Assembly (NCBI GenBank): GCA_011522725.1
Contig: WTIL01000081.1
Span: 2,259 to 66,258, forward strand
DNA length: 64,000 nucleotides
DNA from: Rhodospirillaceae bacterium
Lineage (GTDB): Bacteria > Pseudomonadota > Alphaproteobacteria > Puniceispirillales > Puniceispirillaceae
Direction of reading: 5' to 3'
The notes beneath the pieces were generated by a model that saw nothing but the letters and a program-made list of their open reading frames with translations, made no database searches and was not told the DNA's origin. The position numbers were made by a program, and so were the translations under genes. Positions 60,383 through 64,000 of the stretch are shown piece by piece; position 1 is the first letter of the stretch, and each line of letters begins with the position of its first letter.

Positions 60383-60832
60383 ATGTTAACGGAAACCGAT
60401 CTGCAGATGCTTAGGATCGCCTACGAGGAAGCGAAGCTGGGCTTTGACGAGGGGGGATGCCCCATCGGTTCTGTGCTGGCGCGTGGCGGCGAGGAAGTGT
60501 CGCGCGGCCACAACCAGCGCGTTCAGCAGGGAGACCCGATCGCGCATGGCGAGATGGATGCCTTGCGCAAGGCCGGGCGGCAGAAAACCTATCGCGACAC
60601 CGTTCTCTATACGACCCTCAGCCCCTGTATGATGTGCAGCGGCACCATCGTTCAGTTCGGCATCCCGCGCGTCGTTGTGGGCGAGAACACCACATTTGGC
60701 GGAAATGAAGAGTTTCTTCGCCAGCATGGTGTTGAAGTGGTGATCGCCGAGGACGCGGACTGCATCGCGTTGATGGAGAAATTCATCCGTGAAAAGCCAG
60801 AGCTGTGGGCCGAGGATATTGCGGAAGATTAA
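60383..60832 (+). CDS. Zn-dependent nucleobase deaminase, yeast FCY1 cytosine deaminase-like
   Basis: IAYEEAKLG..EGGCPIG, GHN.R.Q, HGE, LYTTLSPCMMC, GIPRVVVGEN, C-terminal W.EDI; AGGAG RBS. Confidence 0.88.
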   Translation: MLTETDLQMLRIAYEEAKLGFDEGGCPIGSVLARGGEEVSRGHNQRVQQGDPIAHGEMDALRKAGRQKTYRDTVLYTTLSPCMMCSGTIVQFGIPRVVVGENTTFGGNEEFLRQHGVEVVIAEDADCIALMEKFIREKPELWAEDIAED

Positions 60833-60929
60833 GCAGGGTCCAAGGCCAGTTGTTCGAGAGGCACTCAGAGGCGGGATTTAGGCTGTTTTGCCGTCCTGCT
60901 GTTGGTCCGGCGACGGGGAATGAACGCCG

Positions 60930-61754
60930 ATGCCCCTGACCTTTGCCGCCATGCAGCCCGCCCATCTGCCTGGCGCCATGCGCCTGTCCGCCGATGCCGG
61001 CTGGCCGCACCGTGAAGAAGACTGGCGCCTTGTTCTGGACATCAGCCGCGGATTTGCAGCGTTGCAGGAAGGCGAGGTGGTGGCCACCGCGCTTGCCACG
61101 CCGTTCGGGGATGCCGCCATGGTCAATATGGTGATCGTCGATGCGTCGCTGCGCCGGATGGGCATTGCGCGCGCGATGATGGAACGGGTGATGGCGGCCG
61201 CAAATCCCGCAAGCTGGCACCTTGTCGCCACTGATGCCGGCCTGCCGCTCTATGAGGCGTTCGGCTTTCGCCGGACCGGCGAGATTGCGCAGCATCAGGG
61301 AATTGTCGCGGCTGTCCGTCCGTCCGGCGAGGCATGCTGGGGCACCCCGGCAGACCTCGAGGCGATCATCGGACTGGACAGGGCAGCGAGCGGAATGGAT
61401 CGCGCACCAATGTACAGCGCGCTGTCAAAGGTTGCGCGCATAGCTGTTCTGCGACATTGCGGCGGCATTGCCGGGCATGCGCTTGTCCGCGATTTCGGCA
61501 ACGGCAAGGTTGTCGGCCCGGTGGTGGCGTCATCAGTCGTCGCGGCGCAGTCCTTGATCTCGTTCGCCATGTCCGAACATGCCGGTGCATTTCTTCGCGT
61601 CGATACGGGCAGACATACCGGTCTTGGCGCCTGGCTGGCGCAATGCGGGTTGCCGGAGGCGGGGCGCGGGATCGTGATGCGGGCCGGCACCGGCGCATCT
61701 GGGCCGGCAGGGCCGGTCTCGGTCTTCGCGCTGGCGGCACAGGCCCTTGGCTGA
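60930..61754 (+). CDS. Tandem GNAT-fold acetyltransferase (YitH-like)
   Basis: GWPHREEDW, VIVDASLRRMGIARAMM, AT.AGLPLY..FGF, VVGPVVA. Confidence 0.82.
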   Translation: MPLTFAAMQPAHLPGAMRLSADAGWPHREEDWRLVLDISRGFAALQEGEVVATALATPFGDAAMVNMVIVDASLRRMGIARAMMERVMAAANPASWHLVATDAGLPLYEAFGFRRTGEIAQHQGIVAAVRPSGEACWGTPADLEAIIGLDRAASGMDRAPMYSALSKVARIAVLRHCGGIAGHALVRDFGNGKVVGPVVASSVVAAQSLISFAMSEHAGAFLRVDTGRHTGLGAWLAQCGLPEAGRGIVMRAGTGASGPAGPVSVFALAAQALG

Positions 61755-61833
61755 AGAGTTTGGCTTTCTGTCAGCACCATGTGTGTAATTTGATGATCCT
61801 GTCACGACCCCTTTGGGTCAATTTGGTCCCGGC

Positions 61834-62949
61834 TCAGAACGGCAGCGATGACACGGTGCCATCACGCAATTTGCCATCCGGATCCCTGATGGTGACGCGG
61901 GTGCCGGCATCCCAGTGGCTGCGGGCGATCATGCTCATGCCGACATTGCATCCAAGCCGCGGCGACCATATGCCCGAGGTGACCTCACCGATCACGGTGC
62001 CGTCTTCGGCCATCACGGCGAGCGGGACCGCCACGCCGGAAAGGGCTTCGCCGCCAAATGTCACGCCCATGATATGCCTCTCCGGCCCGTCTTCCGCGAT
62101 CTTGAGGAGCGCTTCACGGCCGATATAGTCGATGCCGTCCTCAAGATGGCAGTAGCGTTTGAAGCCGCACTCAAGCGGGTTGTTCGCCCGGGTAAACTCG
62201 TTGCCATAGGACATCAGCCCGCCTTCGATCCGTTCGATCAGGTTCGGGCATCCGGGGCGGATATCCAGCGCGCGGCCTGCCTCCCACACAAGGTCCCAGA
62301 GCGCGCCGCCAAGGTGCCCGCCCTCGAGGTAGATCTCGAAGCCGCCCTGCTTGCTGTAGCCGGAACGGGCGATCACCTGGCGCGTGCCCAGCATGTCGAA
62401 TGTGCCAAAGCCGAAATAGGGAAGCGCCGCGATCTCATCTCCGAACAACTCTGTCATCAAGGTTTCCGCTTTCGGTCCCTGCACGGCTAGCGGGAACACG
62501 TCGGGTTCCTCGACCAAGACGTCAAGCCCCCTCCCGAATGCGATTCCCTTGGCAAACAGCAATACATCGGAATCCGCAATCGACAGCCAGAATTTGTCGT
62601 CCTCCAGCTTCAGCAGGACGGGATCGTTGATCATGCCGGCATGTTCGTCAATCAGCGGGATGTAAAGCCCCTGTCCGTCGGGAATCCGGCGCAGGTCGCG
62701 CGGCGTCATCAACTGCACAAGCTCGGCGGCATCCGGGCCGGTGACCTGCACCTGCCGTTGGCAGCCCACGTCCCAGACCTGCACATGTTCGCGCAGGTGC
62801 CAGTAATCCTCCTCGACGCTCGCCGCATAGGCCTTTGGAAGAAGCATGTGGTTGACCACGCTGTAGCCGCGAACGCCATGCGCCTCGGCGCGGCCCGTAT
62901 ACGGGGTGCGCCGGATCCGGCGGGACATGTTCAAACCTGTCTGTGCCAT
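61834..62949 (-). CDS. dmdA: DmdA-family THF-dependent demethylase (GcvT superfamily); DMSP demethylase or close paralog
   Basis: SRRIRRTPY, NHMLLP, HLREHVQVWDV.CQRQV, GMINDPV, WLSIADSD, RSGYSKQGGFEIY, CPNLIERIEGGLMSYGN. Confidence 0.75.
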   Translation of the reverse strand: MAQTGLNMSRRIRRTPYTGRAEAHGVRGYSVVNHMLLPKAYAASVEEDYWHLREHVQVWDVGCQRQVQVTGPDAAELVQLMTPRDLRRIPDGQGLYIPLIDEHAGMINDPVLLKLEDDKFWLSIADSDVLLFAKGIAFGRGLDVLVEEPDVFPLAVQGPKAETLMTELFGDEIAALPYFGFGTFDMLGTRQVIARSGYSKQGGFEIYLEGGHLGGALWDLVWEAGRALDIRPGCPNLIERIEGGLMSYGNEFTRANNPLECGFKRYCHLEDGIDYIGREALLKIAEDGPERHIMGVTFGGEALSGVAVPLAVMAEDGTVIGEVTSGIWSPRLGCNVGMSMIARSHWDAGTRVTIRDPDGKLRDGTVSSLPF

Positions 62950-62983
62950 GTCGCTTGCTCCGCGCTTGCGATGTACCCGTAGC

Positions 62984-63331
62984 CTAGCTGGACCACCAGC
63001 AGGAATAGCTGTTCGGCGACATGATGATGGGAATGTGATAGCGCCGCGCGGGGTCAGGCATGCGGAACCGGATCACGATCTCGTCACAAATCTGCCGGCC
63101 GTCCTGCTGTTGAGCGCGCTTGCGGAAATAGGCGCCGCTATCCACCACCATTTCGTATTGCGCGTCGGCGTCTGCGGCGACCTCCTCTGCGAACCTGCCA
63201 TCGGCCTCGCTTTGCGACTCAAAGACCAGTTCGCGGCCGTGATCCTTGCCGATCCGCCACAGGGATACCCTTACGTCGCCGGCGTGGGTACCGTCGATTC
63301 CATTCAGAAAATGCGAGGAGAGGCGTGCCAT
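62984..63331 (-). CDS. Transthyretin-like (HIU hydrolase-family) protein with non-canonical C-terminus
   Basis: LSSHFLN..G, DGR, YF, YHIP..SPNSYS; ends WWSS instead of YRGS. Confidence 0.8.
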   Translation of the reverse strand: MARLSSHFLNGIDGTHAGDVRVSLWRIGKDHGRELVFESQSEADGRFAEEVAADADAQYEMVVDSGAYFRKRAQQQDGRQICDEIVIRFRMPDPARRYHIPIIMSPNSYSCWWSS

Positions 63332-63332
63332 G

Positions 63333-64000
63333 TCATTCAATCGATGCTTTGTCGCGCTTGGATGTCGTGGCCAGCACGATCGGGCTGATCACGCCCTTCG
63401 CCTTGACGTTCACACAGGCGGTCTTGCCGCTGGCGAAGGCACGTTTCATTGCCGGGATGATATCCTCGCGCCGCGTTACCAGCTCGCCATGCCCGCCAAG
63501 GCCTTCGAACATCGTGTGGAAGGGGATATCCCGAAAATCCGTGGCAAAATGCCTGCCGCTCTCGAACAGCCGTTCCTGTTGCTGGGAGATACAGTCAAGG
63601 CCGCCATTATTGTCGATGACGACGGTGATCGGCCGGTTCTCCTGAAAGGCCGTCTCGATTGACAGCCCGCCCGACAGGAAGGCGCCGTCGCCGCTGATCA
63701 GCACAACATTTTTGTCCGGATTCAGGTTCTTCGCCGACAGTGCGAAAGAGACGCCGACACCAAGTAGGCTGAACGTCCCGGGATGCAGGACGCCTCCCAG
63801 CTTGCGACCTTCGAAGCCGGCCATGTTCACAGCGATCTCCGACCAGAAATGCGTGTTGCCGCCGTCAATCACCAGCCAGTCGTTATCCTGCATGGCCTGC
63901 TGGACATCGAGGGCGAGGTGCAGCGGGTGGATGCGGCCGCCAAATTCGGCAGTCGACGCCTCGGCATCTACATCGGCATGCATCTTTGCGACCCATTCCG
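63333..64000 (-). CDS. Thiamine-diphosphate-dependent enzyme (ALS/2-hydroxyacyl-CoA lyase-like), 5' part outside the window
   Basis: IDGGNT, PGTFSLLGVG, GDGAF...NN ThDP motif; frame open to the window edge. Confidence 0.85.
   Translation of the reverse strand, partial: EWVAKMHADVDAEASTAEFGGRIHPLHLALDVQQAMQDNDWLVIDGGNTHFWSEIAVNMAGFEGRKLGGVLHPGTFSLLGVGVSFALSAKNLNPDKNVVLISGDGAFLSGGLSIETAFQENRPITVVIDNNGGLDCISQQQERLFESGRHFATDFRDIPFHTMFEGLGGHGELVTRREDIIPAMKRAFASGKTACVNVKAKGVISPIVLATTSKRDKASIE

Larger units (their letters stand above)
52381..64000. other. Accessory catabolic gene cluster/possible genomic island adjacent to tRNA-Ser; right end beyond the window
   Basis: Abrupt switch from housekeeping genes to transport and catabolic genes 49 nt after the tRNA 3' end; no integrase or att repeat visible. 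Confidence 0.5.

Noticed and set aside
52332-64000. Prophage or integrative element at the tRNA
   Set aside because: No integrase, transposase, phage gene or duplicated tRNA 3' end seen in the window

Overview
High-GC alphaproteobacterial chromosome segment. Gene order plus a DmdA-family gene suggest a marine Rhodospirillales/SAR116-like organism (inference). Positions 1-52.3 kb are dense core genome: cfa, mnmC, purF-cvpA-radA-mlaFE-alr-dnaB, rplI-rpsR-rpsF, fabDG-acpP-fabF-mltG-gmk, rsmA-pdxA-surA-lptGF, pepA-holC-ndk, purNM, hdaA, rnd, rpmG-rnr-topA-dprA-plsY-pyrC'-pyrB-ruvX and gatCAB, ending at tRNA-Ser(GCT). Three small genes missed or mis-started by the ORF track are present: rpmG, a 43-aa cytochrome c oxidase subunit IV-like protein and a 59-aa membrane protein. 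Core-region oddities are the absence of lptD from its usual lptG-surA slot, absence of ppk/ppx and yicC from their usual slots, a ROK-family pseudokinase, an S6:S18-type rpsF leader and a CtrA-like box before dprA. Directly after the tRNA, an accessory catabolic cluster (52.4-64 kb, running off the window) carries a SAF-domain dehydrogenase, a BtpA + 'DQ-motif' phosphoribosyltransferase pair, a PotD-type ABC importer with non-polyamine binding residues, a cytoplasmic CE4 hydrolase, a yeast-type cytosine deaminase, a GNAT, and a ThDP enzyme - 'WWSS' transthyretin-like - DmdA-like operon. This cluster is the best candidate for an undescribed (methylated) N-heterocycle utilisation system. No CRISPR, rRNA, transposase or integrase was seen. 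All assignments come from motif recognition by eye; no database searches were run.
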